Under the pieces are notes generated by a model, which worked only from the letters and a program-made list of their open reading frames with translations, was not told where the DNA came from and did no database searches. Shown in pieces: positions 20,717 through 31,366 of a stretch of 64,000 nucleotides of DNA. Origin of the DNA: an uncultured Phycisphaerales bacterium (GTDB lineage Bacteria; Planctomycetota; Phycisphaerae; Tepidisphaerales; Tepidisphaeraceae). The stretch spans positions 1,152,001 through 1,216,000 of the forward strand of contig CAWJPJ010000007.1 in assembly GCA_963844715.1 (NCBI GenBank), in the 5' to 3' direction. The number at the start of each line of letters is the position of its first letter. Positions within the stretch are counted from its first letter, which is position 1. A program made the position numbers and the translations under genes.

Positions 20717-22380
20717 ATGAATCGGGAGCGTAGCAGCATTGTGACAGAGGGTAGCCAGCGAGCGCCGCAGCGGGCGTTTTTTAAGTCGATGGGATTGACG
20801 GACGAGGACATTCACCGTCCGTGGGTGGGCGTGGCGAGCACGTGGAATGAGGCGACGCCCTGCAATCTAACTCTGGATCGGCAGGCGAAGGCGGCGAAGG
20901 AGGGGGTTAAGGCGGCCGGGGGGACGCCTCGGGAATTCGTGACGATCGCGGTGTCGGACGGAATCGCCATGGGGCACGAGGGGATGAAAGCGTCGCTGGC
21001 TTCGCGCGAGGTGATCGCGGATTCAGTGGAACTCATGATGCATGCGCATGGGTACGACGCCCTGGTGGGGCTCGCCGGGTGCGACAAGAGTCTGCCGGGG
21101 ATGCTGATGGCGATGGGCAGGCTGAATGTGCCGAGCATCTTTTTGTATGGCGGAACGATCATGCCGGGGAAATTCAAGGGGAAGGATGTCACGATTCAGG
21201 ATGTCTACGAGGCGGTGGGAGCGCACTCGGCGGGGAAAATGAGCGACGAAGATTTATACGAGATCGAGTGCCAGGCGTGCCCGACGGCGGGAAGCTGCGG
21301 GGGGCAGTTCACGGCCAACACGATGGCGTGCGTCGCGGAGGCGATCGGGATGGCGCTCCCCGGGAGCGGTTCGCCTCCGGCGATAGATACGAATCGGGAC
21401 GCGTACGCGGTCGAATGCGGGAAGCAGGTGATGCGGCTCTTGGAGAAGAACATCCGGCCGCGCGACGTCATGACACGCGAGGCGCTGGAGAACGGAATCA
21501 CGATCGCCGCGGCGACGGGCGGATCGACGAATTCGGCGCTGCATATCCCGGCGATTGCGTATGAGTGCGGGGTGACGATCGGATTGGATGATATCGAGCG
21601 GATCAGCGCGCGCACGCCGGTGATCGCGGATTTGAAGCCGTTTGGGAGATACAACGCCTATGACGTTTTCCGCGCCGGGGGAATCCCGGCGATCATGCGG
21701 GCTTTGCTCGACGCGAAACTGCTGCATGGCGATTGCCTGACGTGTACGGGAAAAACCGTCGCGGAAAACCTGGCGGGCGTGAAGCTCAAGACCGATCAGG
21801 ACGTGGTGATGCCCGCTTCGAAGGCCCTGGAAAAGACCGGCGGTTTGCACATCCTGCGCGGGAATCTGGCGCCGAGGGGTGCGTGATCAAGACGGCGGGG
21901 GTGAAGAAGCTCCAGCATCGCGGACCGGCCCGGGTGTTCAACAGCGAGGAAGAGTGCATGGCGGCCGTGCAGGCGCAGCAGGTGAAGAAGGGGGATTCGG
22001 TGATCATCCGCTACGAAGGGCCCAAGGGCGGGCCGGGCATGCGCGAAATGCTCGCGGTCACGGCGGCGATCGTCGGGCAGGGTTTGGGTTATGACGTGTG
22101 CCTGATGACGGACGGGCGATTCAGCGGCGCGACGCGCGGATTGATGGTCGGGCATATCGGGCCGGAGGCGTTCGTGGGCGGGCCGCTTGCGCTGGTGCGC
22201 GACGGGGATATGATCTCCATCGATGCGGAAAAGCGATCGATTCAGGTTGAACTCAGCGATGAGGAACTCGCCAAGCGAAAGGCGGCGTGGAAAGCGCCGA
22301 AGCCGCATTATGAGCATGGGGCGCTGGCGAAGTATGCAAGATCGGTGGGACCGGCGTGTTTTGGGGCGGTGACGCACTGA
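20717..22380 (+). CDS. ilvD: Dihydroxy-acid dehydratase (frameshift near 21880)
   Basis: [54 protein letters not shown]. Confidence 0.96.
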
Positions 22381-22445
22381 ACAAACGCTGAATTTATCGG
22401 CCGCGGTTCCTCTGTTGAAGTTAGTGGGGTGGCGAGCGAAGAAGA

Positions 22446-22490
22446 TTGACTTTTACGCATAAAGCGTCGATAATTACGCAATATGCGTAA
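22446..22490 (+). promoter_or_regulatory. Sigma70 promoter with palindromic operator overlapping the start codon
   Basis: TTGACT (22446)-N17-GATAAT (22469); TTACGCA-ATA-TGCGTAA (22474-22490). Confidence 0.75.
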
Positions 22491-23082
22491 GTGGCGATCG
22501 CTGGATTCCATCTTTCCTCGGACCCGCCAGGGGATACTTGCGGCGACTCTTATACAGCCGGGTAAGGCGTGGTATGCGTCAGAACTAGCCCGGCGCATGG
22601 GGGTGCCGTCCTCCAGCCTGCAACGGGAGCTGCGGGATTTAACCGAGGCAGGGATTCTCAAGGCGCACCGGCAAGGGCGCATGACCTATTACCAAAGCGA
22701 TGCTGATTCGCCGCTTTTCTCTGATCTTCGCGGATTGCTTCTTAAGACCGCGGGCCTTGTGGATGTCTTGGCCGATGCGTTATCGCCGTTGATCGCAAAA
22801 GTTCAACTTGCATTCGTCCACGGATCGATTGCGAGCGGTAGGGAACGGAGCGACAGTGATATCGATGTGATCGTGGTGGGAACCGTTACGCCCGCGGACC
22901 TTGCTTTGCCGTTGCGCCATGCCAGTAAATCGCTCGGACGCGAGGTCAACGTCACTGTATACACACCCGCGGAATTCCTCAGGAAGCGGTCTGAAAAGGA
23001 CCATTTTCTGACCCGGGTATTGGACAAGCCCAAGTTGTTTGTGATAGGCAATAAGAATGACTTGGGCCGAGTTGCTGGCTGA
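22483..23082 (+). CDS. wHTH plus minimal nucleotidyltransferase (MNT) antitoxin
   Basis: ASELARRMGVPSSSLQREL; AFVHGSIASGRERSDSDIDVIVVG (GSx10DxD). Confidence 0.88.
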   Translation: MRKWRSLDSIFPRTRQGILAATLIQPGKAWYASELARRMGVPSSSLQRELRDLTEAGILKAHRQGRMTYYQSDADSPLFSDLRGLLLKTAGLVDVLADALSPLIAKVQLAFVHGSIASGRERSDSDIDVIVVGTVTPADLALPLRHASKSLGREVNVTVYTPAEFLRKRSEKDHFLTRVLDKPKLFVIGNKNDLGRVAG

Positions 23083-23494
23083 CAAACGCGTGACCCGCAA
23101 CCGCGCGAGTAAGGCGGAGCTGAAAAATCTGCGTTCGATCGTATCCCGCAGCCTTAAGGATGTTGCGGTGGTTGGACTATCCGCGGATACCCGATTCGTC
23201 ATCGCTTACGACGCCGCTCGCACGCTTTCCTTGATGATCGTTCGCTCAGCAGGCTATCGGCCGAGGTCGGTCGGGGGACACTACAACACGTTTCTGGCTT
23301 TAGAGGCGGCCGATCCCGCTTTGGCGGCCTTGGCGGCGTATTTCAACGGCTGCCGAATGAAGCGCAACGATTGCGAATATGATTTTGCCGGCGGCGTCAG
23401 CGATACGGATGCGGATGGATTGCTTGAGGCTGTGACAAAGTTCGCTCTCGACGCGGAGGCATGGATTAAACATCGCCATCCGCGTTTGGCGTGA
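23057..23494 (+). CDS. HEPN-like toxin
   Basis: All-helical; AYDAAR, GYRP..GGH, RMKRNDCEYD; overlaps the MNT gene. Confidence 0.75.
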   Translation: MTWAELLADKRVTRNRASKAELKNLRSIVSRSLKDVAVVGLSADTRFVIAYDAARTLSLMIVRSAGYRPRSVGGHYNTFLALEAADPALAALAAYFNGCRMKRNDCEYDFAGGVSDTDADGLLEAVTKFALDAEAWIKHRHPRLA

Positions 23495-23538
23495 ACGAGT
23501 TTTGGGGTGGGGATCGTTGGGCGGAAGCGCCGACTATC

Positions 23539-24498
23539 TCAGTTATTTTGCGTTGACGCGGTTGCCGGCGCGGGCGCGCTCCAGATCGACACGCCGCTAT
23601 CGGTGACGGTGTAATCCAGTCCGGTGAATCCGGCGATGCTTTCCAAGGCTTGCTGAACGGTGGCGTTATCAAGTTCCAGGCGGAGGGTCCGATAGGGGGC
23701 GGGGACTTTTTGTAGCGCGCCGGGTTGGATTTGGAAATCCAGGCCGCTGCGGCGGGCGAGGTCGAGGAGGACGTTGCCGACGTCCTGGCCGTCGTAGCGG
23801 ACGGTGATTCTGCGGGAAAGTTCCAGGCGAATTTGATCGGATTTTTTCAGCACCACGATTGTTTCACCCCAGGGGTACCAGGTGGCGTTCGTCTGAGCCG
23901 TGATTTCGTCCAGGGCATCCAACAGGGACGCGTGGCGGGAGACATTCACGGGCGTGGGGTCGGCGGGAATAAACGCGCGGTTCTCGACCGCGTAGGGAGA
24001 TTTTTCCAGGCGTGCGTCGATCGCGGCGAGTAAGCGCTCCGCGGAAAAGTCAGTTTGCCTGGCGTCCAATTCAGTGCTGGACAGATAGTCGAGACATTGC
24101 AATTCCTGAACGGTGGCGCGGCGGCCGAGGCGCTGGAGGGGTGGGAGAAGGTGGAGCTGAACCGAGGCGTCCTGGAGTTCATATTGCAGGCCGATTTTCT
24201 GGCAGATAGCGGCCAGAGCCTGGCGGAGAGTCTGGTGGCGGAAATCGGCGCGGAAATTCGTCAGGTCGCCCCAGGGGAGGACGTTGTAAACGGAATGGTC
24301 GGCTTCGATGCGCACGCCGGTCATGTCGCCGAAATCCGCGATGGCCTGGGGGAGAGTGCCGTCGAAGTGGATTTCAGCTTTGGGCAGTTGCTTGTCCATC
24401 GCCTGGGCGATCAAGGCGGACGTCTGCTCGGCTCTGACAATTGGTGTGAAGAGTGTGAAGAGTGTGAAGGTGAGAAGGGTTGGGACGGCGCGTCGCAT
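23539..24498 (-). CDS. Exported protein with repeated STN/secretin-N-like domains
   Basis: Signal peptide; repeated TLRQAL/SLLDALD/TVQQALE..GLDYTV units. Confidence 0.6.
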   Translation of the reverse strand: MRRAVPTLLTFTLFTLFTPIVRAEQTSALIAQAMDKQLPKAEIHFDGTLPQAIADFGDMTGVRIEADHSVYNVLPWGDLTNFRADFRHQTLRQALAAICQKIGLQYELQDASVQLHLLPPLQRLGRRATVQELQCLDYLSSTELDARQTDFSAERLLAAIDARLEKSPYAVENRAFIPADPTPVNVSRHASLLDALDEITAQTNATWYPWGETIVVLKKSDQIRLELSRRITVRYDGQDVGNVLLDLARRSGLDFQIQPGALQKVPAPYRTLRLELDNATVQQALESIAGFTGLDYTVTDSGVSIWSAPAPATASTQNN

Positions 24499-24507
24499 TG
24501 TTTCCCT

Positions 24508-25070
24508 TTAGCGAATGGAACGATCGTTGGTGGCGTCGGCACTGGCGATATAGATATGCGAGGGTTGGGAGACGATGGGCTGGGAGGAGTCGAAAGTCAT
24601 GGCGGCGTCGCTCGGCGGGCCGCCGAGTGTGACGTCGGCGGAGGCGCTGCCCGCCGGGGTTTCGGCGGCGGGGCCGATGACCTGGGCGGAAGCGATTTCA
24701 ACAACGGGCTGGGGCGACTTGCTTACGGGCGGAATTGCCTGCTGAGATCGGAATCGGATTCCCATGGCCAGGAGCACGCAGGCAGCCAGTGCGGCCGCGG
24801 CCGGGACGAAGGACATGAGCCGCAGGCGCCGGCGCGGCAACGGAAGATCGGCGACGGCACAGGAGATTCTGTCGCCCAGGTCGTCCCACTGGTCGCGCGG
24901 AACGGGAATGCCGGTGCGGAGAAGCTCGTCGAGCTGGGCGTATTCTTCGAGTTTTTGTTTGAGCTGAGGGTCCTGCGAGGCGGCGCTTCCAGGGACTGGC
25001 GATCTTCGGGCGCAAGGGTTCCGTCCAGATATTGGCTGAGGAGAAATTCTATTTTCTCGTCTTCTTGCAT
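24508..25070 (-). CDS. Anti-sigma factor-like membrane protein (frameshifted)
   Basis: EFLLSQYLDGTLAPEDR; transmembrane AAAALAACVLLA; directly after the ECF sigma gene. Confidence 0.75.
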
Positions 25071-25077
25071 GATGCCG

Positions 25078-25704
25078 TTACAGGTGCTCCTTCAACAACT
25101 CGCGCAATTTTTTTCTTCCCTGGAACACGTGCCATTTTACCGCTTCGACACTGCACTTCAGAGCCTCGGCGACTTGCTTCTGGGGCATCTCCTCGATGGT
25201 GAAGAGGATGAGCGCCATTTTCTGTTTCTCGGGAAGCTGATCGAGGGCTTCCCGAAGCTTCTCCCCCATTTCCCGGCTCTGGAGGCGATGGACGGGGTCG
25301 CCGTCGCGGACCGTCGCTTCGCCCGCCGCGATGAATCGCTGGGCGGCGTTTTCGGCGGGGCCGAGTGCGTCGTTCAGAGGCAACTGCTGCCGGGTTTTTC
25401 TGCCGCGCCGATAATTGAGCGACAGATTGGAGACGATGCGCATCAGCCAACCGGCGAACGCATCGGGCCTTTGCAGCGTGGCCAGGCTGGAGAAGGCCTT
25501 GAGGAACGCGTTCTGCGTGACTTCCTGCGCGTCCTGGGTGTGCCCCAGGAGGCGATAGGAAACCGCCACGGCCTGGCGTTGGTAGCGTTCGATAAGTTGA
25601 TCGAACGCCGCGCGGTCGCCGCCGAGGGTGAGGCGCACCAACTGGCCGTCCGTGAGCGGGGCTGGATGGCGCTCGCCTCGGAATTCAGCCGCTCGTGTAT
25701 CCAT
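25078..25704 (-). CDS. ECF RNA polymerase sigma factor
   Basis: AFDQLIERY, DAQEVTQNAFLKAF, FAGWLMRIVSN, region 4 LPEKQK..VAEALKCSVEAVK. Confidence 0.93.
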   Translation of the reverse strand: MDTRAAEFRGERHPAPLTDGQLVRLTLGGDRAAFDQLIERYQRQAVAVSYRLLGHTQDAQEVTQNAFLKAFSSLATLQRPDAFAGWLMRIVSNLSLNYRRGRKTRQQLPLNDALGPAENAAQRFIAAGEATVRDGDPVHRLQSREMGEKLREALDQLPEKQKMALILFTIEEMPQKQVAEALKCSVEAVKWHVFQGRKKLRELLKEHL

Positions 25705-25877
25705 GAGCAAGGACACTGTAACTGCCTCGTCGTTAGAACGAAGGCGAATATTTGGAATCGCCCATTCCGATAACAGGCGATTTCCCGGATTTCCGGGCAA
25801 AAACTGGCATTTTGCCTGGGTCCGTACGGATATAACGCGAGGGGTATTCGGGGAAGGCGCAATCGGCCCGCCAGCGG

Positions 25878-26693
25878 TTAGCCAACGAGCAGATCTTTGC
25901 AGAATTTAGCCACGGCGTTCGCGACGGCTTGAGGACCGGCGGAGGCGGATTCGGTAATTTTTCGGACAATGGCGCTTCCGACGATTGCGGCGTCGGCGGC
26001 GCCCGCCAGGGAGGCGAGGTGCTGAGGTTTTGAGATGCCGAAACCTACGCAGATGGGGAGGTTGGTCATTTCTTTTAGTTGACGGACGTTCGGTACGAGG
26101 TCGTTTGGGAGCTGGTCGCGCGTGCCTGTGATGCCGGAGACGCTGAGGTAATAGACGAAGCCGGAACAGAGGTCGACGATCTGGCGGCGGCGCTGGGGCG
26201 GGGTGGTGGGGGCGACGAGGAAAATGGTGTCGAGATCGACGGCGCGGATTTCGCGGCAGGTGGACTCGGCTTGCGGCGGAGGGAGATCGGGGATGATGAT
26301 CCCGGCGAATCCGGCGGCGCGAAGATCGGCGAAGAATCGCTTCGTGCCGTAGCGGAAGACGATGCTGTAGCTGAGCATGGCGACCAGCGGTGCGCGAATT
26401 CGCGAAGAGACGGTCTTGGCCATTTCGAGGATTTGGCTCACTTTTATTTTTTTTGCCAGGGCGTCGGTAAAGGCCTGCTGAATGATGAGGCCGTCGGCGA
26501 TGGGGTCGGAGAACGGAAAGCCTACTTCGATAGCGGCGATGCGCGGGCCGTCGATGGCTTCGAGAATTGCTGCCGTGGTTGCGAGGTCGGGATAACCGGC
26601 TGGGACGAATGGGACGAGGCCGATGCCTTTTCCGCGGATGGCGGCGAAGGAGTCGGCTAATGATTGGCGCGTCGCTGCGGGGATTTGCGGCAT
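25878..26693 (-). CDS. trpA: Tryptophan synthase alpha subunit
   Basis: AGYPD, IEVGFPFSDPIADG, YYLSVSGITG, VGFGIS, IVGSAIV. Confidence 0.96.
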   Translation of the reverse strand: MPQIPAATRQSLADSFAAIRGKGIGLVPFVPAGYPDLATTAAILEAIDGPRIAAIEVGFPFSDPIADGLIIQQAFTDALAKKIKVSQILEMAKTVSSRIRAPLVAMLSYSIVFRYGTKRFFADLRAAGFAGIIIPDLPPPQAESTCREIRAVDLDTIFLVAPTTPPQRRRQIVDLCSGFVYYLSVSGITGTRDQLPNDLVPNVRQLKEMTNLPICVGFGISKPQHLASLAGAADAAIVGSAIVRKITESASAGPQAVANAVAKFCKDLLVG

Positions 26694-26736
26694 TGATACT
26701 TTCTTATATTCAGAGGATCATAAACGTAAGTCGCCG

Positions 26737-26988
26737 ATGTCGAAAGAAGCTCGAACAACCGAGGGTGGGAGCACGCCGGGGCGGAAGCTCCTGACGAGTT
26801 TGTTGCCGCCGTTGTTTGTGGCGCTGCTTTGTACGGGGTTGATTATCGAGGCGATATACACGGTGATGGGCGGGCGGGCGAATGGGGACTTGATGCTTTT
26901 GTTTGTGCCGATATTGGGGGCGATTTTTCTTTCCATTCCGGCGCTGCAGGCTTGGTGGGCTTGTATCAAGATTGTGCGCGGAAGGTAG
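26737..26988 (+). CDS. Small membrane protein with two hydrophobic segments, inserted antisense between trpB and trpA
   Basis: 83 aa; LLPPLFVALLCTGLII and LMLLFVPILGAIFLSIPAL. Confidence 0.5.
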   Translation: MSKEARTTEGGSTPGRKLLTSLLPPLFVALLCTGLIIEAIYTVMGGRANGDLMLLFVPILGAIFLSIPALQAWWACIKIVRGR

Positions 26989-27003
26989 TCGTTCGGAATT
27001 CCG

Positions 27004-27047
27004 CCCCTCACCCTTGCCCTCTCCCCGTGAGTACACAGGGAGAGGGA
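27004..27047. repeat. REP-like palindromic element (inverted relative to 4169-4208)
   Basis: cccctcacccttg-ccctctccc-cgtgagtacaca-gggagaggg. Confidence 0.75.
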
Positions 27048-27059
27048 AATTGGTCGTAA

Positions 27060-28257
27060 TCATTTTTCGATCAGTCTTGCGACTTCTTGGCAGTCTTTGT
27101 CGCCTCGGCCGCTTAGGTTCACGATGATGATTTTGTCTTTGGGGAGTTTGGGGGCGAGTTCGGCAAGGTAGGCGAAGGCGTGGGCGGATTCCAAGGCGGG
27201 GAGGATGCCTTCCAGTTTGGCGACTTGCTGGAATGCTTCGAGCGCCTTGGCGTCGGTGACGCTGTGATATTTCACGCGGCCGGAGTCTTTCCAATAGGCG
27301 TGCTCAGGGCCTACGCCGGGGTAATCGAGGCCCGCGGAGACGCTGTGGACGTCGGCGGTTTGGCCGTCGTCGTCCTGAAGGACGTAGGAGAGAGAGCCGT
27401 GGAGGACGCCGGGCTTGCCGGCGCATAACGCGGCGGCGTGCTGGCCCAGATGCGGAGCCTCGGCCGCCGGCTTCGAGGCCGATGAGTTGAACGGTTGTGT
27501 CGGCGATGAAGGGGGCGAAGATTCCGGCGGCGTTGCTGCCGCCGCCGACGCAGGCGAGGACGTAATCCGGCAGGCGTCCCTCGGCTTCGAGGCATTGGCG
27601 GCGCGCTTCCTTGCCGATGATCGATTGAAAATCGCGCACGATCATCGGGAATGGGTGCGGACCGACGACGCTGCCGAGGATGTAATGGGTGTGATCGACG
27701 GAACCCATCCAATCTCGCATGGCTTCGTTGGTGGCGTCCTTGAGGGTTTTGCTGCCGCTGTTGACCTCGACGACGTGCGCGCCGATGAGTCGCATGCGAA
27801 AGACGTTGAGGCTTTGGCGGCGGATGTCTTCTGCGCCCATGTACACATCGCAGGAGAGGCCGAAGACCGCGGCGGCCGTGGCGGTTGCGACGCCGTGTTG
27901 TCCGGCGCCGGTTTCGGCGATGACGCGCTTTTTGCCCATGCGGAGAGTGAGAAGGGCCTGGCCGAGCGTGTTGTTAATTTTGTGGGCGCCGGTGTGGTTG
28001 AGGTCTTCGCGTTTGAGATAGATTTTCGCGCCGCCGAAGGTTTCGGTGAGTCGGCGGGCGAAATAAAGCGGATTGGGCCGGCCGGCGAATTGGTGCAGGT
28101 AATAGTCGAACTCGCGGGCGAAAGCGGCGTCGGATTTGGCCTTGGCGTATTCGTCTTCAAGCTGGCGCAGTGCGGCGACGAGAGTTTCGGGAACGTAGAC
28201 GCCGCCGTAGGGGCCGAAATGGCCGGTGGAATCCGGAAGAGTGGAGGCGGTGGTCAT
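27060..28257 (-). CDS. trpB: Tryptophan synthase beta subunit (frameshift near 27445)
   Basis: [49 protein letters not shown]. Confidence 0.97.
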
Positions 28258-28336
28258 GCGGGTAATGGTAGGGAGACGCGGCGGCGGTCGCAAATGGGTT
28301 TGACAAGGGGTGGCGGCGAATGTCTGATCGGCGGCC

Positions 28337-29359
28337 ATGGGTCGGCCGATCACGTTATTTACGGGTCAGTGGGCGGATCTTTCCTTCGAGCAGGTTTGCG
28401 GCAAGGCAAAATCGTTTGGTTATGACGGCGTGGAGCTGGCTTGTTGGGGGGATCATTTTGACGTGCCGAGGGCGCTGGCGGAGGAGAAGTACTGCGCGGG
28501 CAGATGGGAAATTCTGCGCCGCCATGGGCTGACGGCGTTTGCGATCTCGTCGCATCTAGTCGGGCAGGCGGTTTGCGACCTGATCGACGAGCGGCATCGC
28601 GCGATTTTGCCGGCCGATGTTTGGGGCGATGGCGAGGCGGAGGGGGTTCGCGGACGGGCGGCGGAGCGCATGATGGAGACGGCGCGGGCTTGCCGGAAAT
28701 TCTTGGACGCGGGAGGGAAAGGGCGCGAGACGGGTGTGGTGAATGGATTTACCGGATCGAGCATTTGGCACAGTTTGTATGCGTTTCCGCCGACGGATCA
28801 GAAGTATTGGCAGAAGGGGTTCGACGATTTTTCGCGGAGGTGGCGTCCGATTCTGGACGCGTTCGACGCGGCGAATGTGAATTTTGCTCTGGAAGTGCAT
28901 CCGACGGAGATTGCGTTCGATATCGCCAGCGCGGAGCGGGCTTTGGAAGCGATCGGCGGGCACAAGCGGTTTGGATTCAACTTTGACCCGTCGCATCTGG
29001 GGTATCAAGGGGTCGATTATGTGAAATTCATTCGGACTTTTGGGAAACGCATTTTTCATGTCCATATCAAGGACGCCTGGTGGGGGCATGGGGATGGAAC
29101 GGTGGGCGTATTTGGCGGGCACACGACGTTCGCCGATCCGCGGCGGTTTTGGGATTTTCGATCGCCGGGGCGGGGGGATATCAAGTTTGAGGAGATCATC
29201 GTCGCGCTGAATGACGTGGGCTATCGGGGTCCGCTGAGCGTCGAGTGGGAGGACAGCCGGATGGATCGCGAGCACGGGGCGGCCGAGGCGGCGGCGTTCG
29301 TGCGAAAACTGGATTATAAACCCTCTTCGATCGCGTTCGACGGGCAATTCAATCGGTAA
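28337..29359 (+). CDS. Sugar phosphate isomerase/epimerase (xylose-isomerase-like TIM barrel)
   Basis: [41 protein letters not shown]. Confidence 0.9.
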   Translation: MGRPITLFTGQWADLSFEQVCGKAKSFGYDGVELACWGDHFDVPRALAEEKYCAGRWEILRRHGLTAFAISSHLVGQAVCDLIDERHRAILPADVWGDGEAEGVRGRAAERMMETARACRKFLDAGGKGRETGVVNGFTGSSIWHSLYAFPPTDQKYWQKGFDDFSRRWRPILDAFDAANVNFALEVHPTEIAFDIASAERALEAIGGHKRFGFNFDPSHLGYQGVDYVKFIRTFGKRIFHVHIKDAWWGHGDGTVGVFGGHTTFADPRRFWDFRSPGRGDIKFEEIIVALNDVGYRGPLSVEWEDSRMDREHGAAEAAAFVRKLDYKPSSIAFDGQFNR

Positions 29360-29362
29360 GCC

Positions 29363-30640
29363 ATGCAGCTCGCGCAATTCATGGCCAATCGCAAGCAGGG
29401 GACGAATCAATATTTTGCGCCGAGGGGGGCAATGGGAAGACGGTCCTGATCTCAAGCCATATTTACTGGACGGATTTGATCGGACTGGCGCTGCTGCGGC
29501 TGGGATACAACGTGATCCTCTCGCTGCCTTGGTATGGATTTTGGATCGACGACAACTGGTACCGCGACTTTGAGAATCAATTCGCGTTGTGGGTGAAAAT
29601 GCTGCGGGATCAGAAGGTCGCGTGCGTGATCGGGGGAAATACGACGGCGATGGTTCGGAATCCGAAGAGCGGCGAGATGCTGCATCGGGCGGCCGGGATT
29701 CCGGTCGTGCATTACTGGTGGGACGAGCCGCGGGCGGCGCCGCCGATGGCGCGGCGGGGCGTTTCGCTCGTGGATTACGTCGCGATGCTCAAGGATGAGA
29801 AGACGCTGAATGTCATTTGGGATGTCGATGTGCAGGAGGAATTGCGGGAATTTTTGGGCGTCGAGAATTCGATTCATGTGCCGATTGCCACGGCGCCGGA
29901 GCTTTGGGAGGAGCCGTTTGTGGCGATGGAGTCGCGGCCGGGGGCGGCGTGCTTTTTGGGGAATTGCCACTATGTGACTGATGCGCAGCGAGCTGAATTT
30001 GAGCCGGATTTGGCGCAGTGGGCGCAGGATGTGGCCAGGAATAAGTTTGGGGATTTGGATCGAGGGATTGCGGAGTGTGTGGAAGATCGGGCGGGAGCGC
30101 GCGTGGATGTGACGAACGAGGCGGCGATCGCCAGGGATTTTCGGCGATGGTATATTTTGGATACGATGCTGATGGAGGGGCAGCGGCGGCACGGCCGTGA
30201 AAGCGCTGGCGGCGAAACTCGGGGACTCGTTTACGCTGATTGGAGCGGACTGGGAGAAGGTCGGGCTAAGGGCGCAAAAAAGTCATAGCGGGGTGCCGGG
30301 TGCGAAAGTGTATTACGGGTCGCATAAGGCGTCGGTGAATCTTTATGGCGGTTGCGTTCACGGAGGCATGCCGCTGCGGCCTTATGAGATCGCTTCGTCC
30401 AACGGGCTGGTTTTCACGCACTACAACCGCGAGTTGCCGCAGCTTTTTGAGCCTGATAAGGAATGCGTGGCGTTTCGGAATGAGGAGGAGATGCTCCAGA
30501 AGCTCGATCGCATTCTTGCAAGCCCCCGGGAATATGATCGAGTCGTTCAGGCGGGGCGACGACGCGCGTTCCAGAATCATTCGTGGGAGAAGCGGATGGA
30601 GCGGATTATGCAGGAAGTTGCTAACCGGTTTGGCGTATGA
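29363..30640 (+). CDS. CgeB-like glycosyltransferase (frameshifted)
   Basis: C-terminal SVNL..MPLRPYEIASS..LFEPDKECVAF..GRRRAFQNHSWEKRM. Confidence 0.7.
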
Positions 30641-30882
30641 AGATCCGCGTCAAATTGTTCGCCATTCTGAGGGAGCGCAGCGGATGCGCCGAGACTGAAT
30701 TGGAGTTGCCGGCGGGATCGACGGTCAATGACGCAATGGGTATCCTGAAGCGGCAATTTCCGGGCATAGTCGATCTGCTGCCTCGGGCGGCGACGGCGGT
30801 GAATTTCGCGAAATCGGATGGAGCGACGGTCTTAGGGGAAGGAGATGAGCTGGCGTTGATTCCGCCAGTCAGTGGAGGATAG
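30637..30882 (+). CDS. moaD: Molybdopterin converting factor small subunit
   Basis: IRVKLFAILRE...AVN...ELALIPPVSGG. Confidence 0.92.
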   Translation: MKIRVKLFAILRERSGCAETELELPAGSTVNDAMGILKRQFPGIVDLLPRAATAVNFAKSDGATVLGEGDELALIPPVSGG

Positions 30883-30891
30883 AGAAACTTC

Positions 30892-31335
30892 ATGGAAGCG
30901 TCGCAGGATTTGATCGAGTTGCGAGACTCGGCGTTGGATGTGCCCGGAATTTTGGCGTGGGTTGGAGACCGGGAGGCGGGGGGCGCGGCCGTATTCCTGG
31001 GGATGACGCGAAGCGAGAAAAAAGGATCGGTCGACTTGGCGGCTTTGGATTACGAGGCGTACGGCGAGATGGCCGTCAATCAGATGCGGCAGCTTGCGGC
31101 GCTGGCGCGGGATCGCTGGCCGGTGAGGAAAATCGCGATTGTGCACCGAACGGGAAGGGTGGCGGTGGGCGAGCCGTCGGTGATCATCGCGGTATCGGCG
31201 CCGCATCGCGGGCAATCTTTTGAGGCGTGTCGATTCCTTATCGAGGGGCTGAAAAAAGACGTCGCGGTGTGGAAAAAGGAAGTGTGGGCGGACGGGAGTT
31301 CGACGTGGTCTGACGACCGGGAGAGGCGGGTTTGA
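30892..31335 (+). CDS. moaE: Molybdopterin synthase catalytic subunit
   Basis: GGAAVFLG, LDYEAY, HRTG, VSAPHR, VWKKE. Confidence 0.94.
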   Translation: MEASQDLIELRDSALDVPGILAWVGDREAGGAAVFLGMTRSEKKGSVDLAALDYEAYGEMAVNQMRQLAALARDRWPVRKIAIVHRTGRVAVGEPSVIIAVSAPHRGQSFEACRFLIEGLKKDVAVWKKEVWADGSSTWSDDRERRV

Positions 31336-31366
31336 CTTTCGCTTCGAGGCATCTACGCTTGCGGAG

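Noticed and set aside
24055..25773. Long antisense ORFs (e.g. 572 aa here, also 37141-38505, 41222-42244, 59420-60508)
   Set aside because: Shadow frames of well-supported genes in high-GC DNA, with no recognisable motifs.
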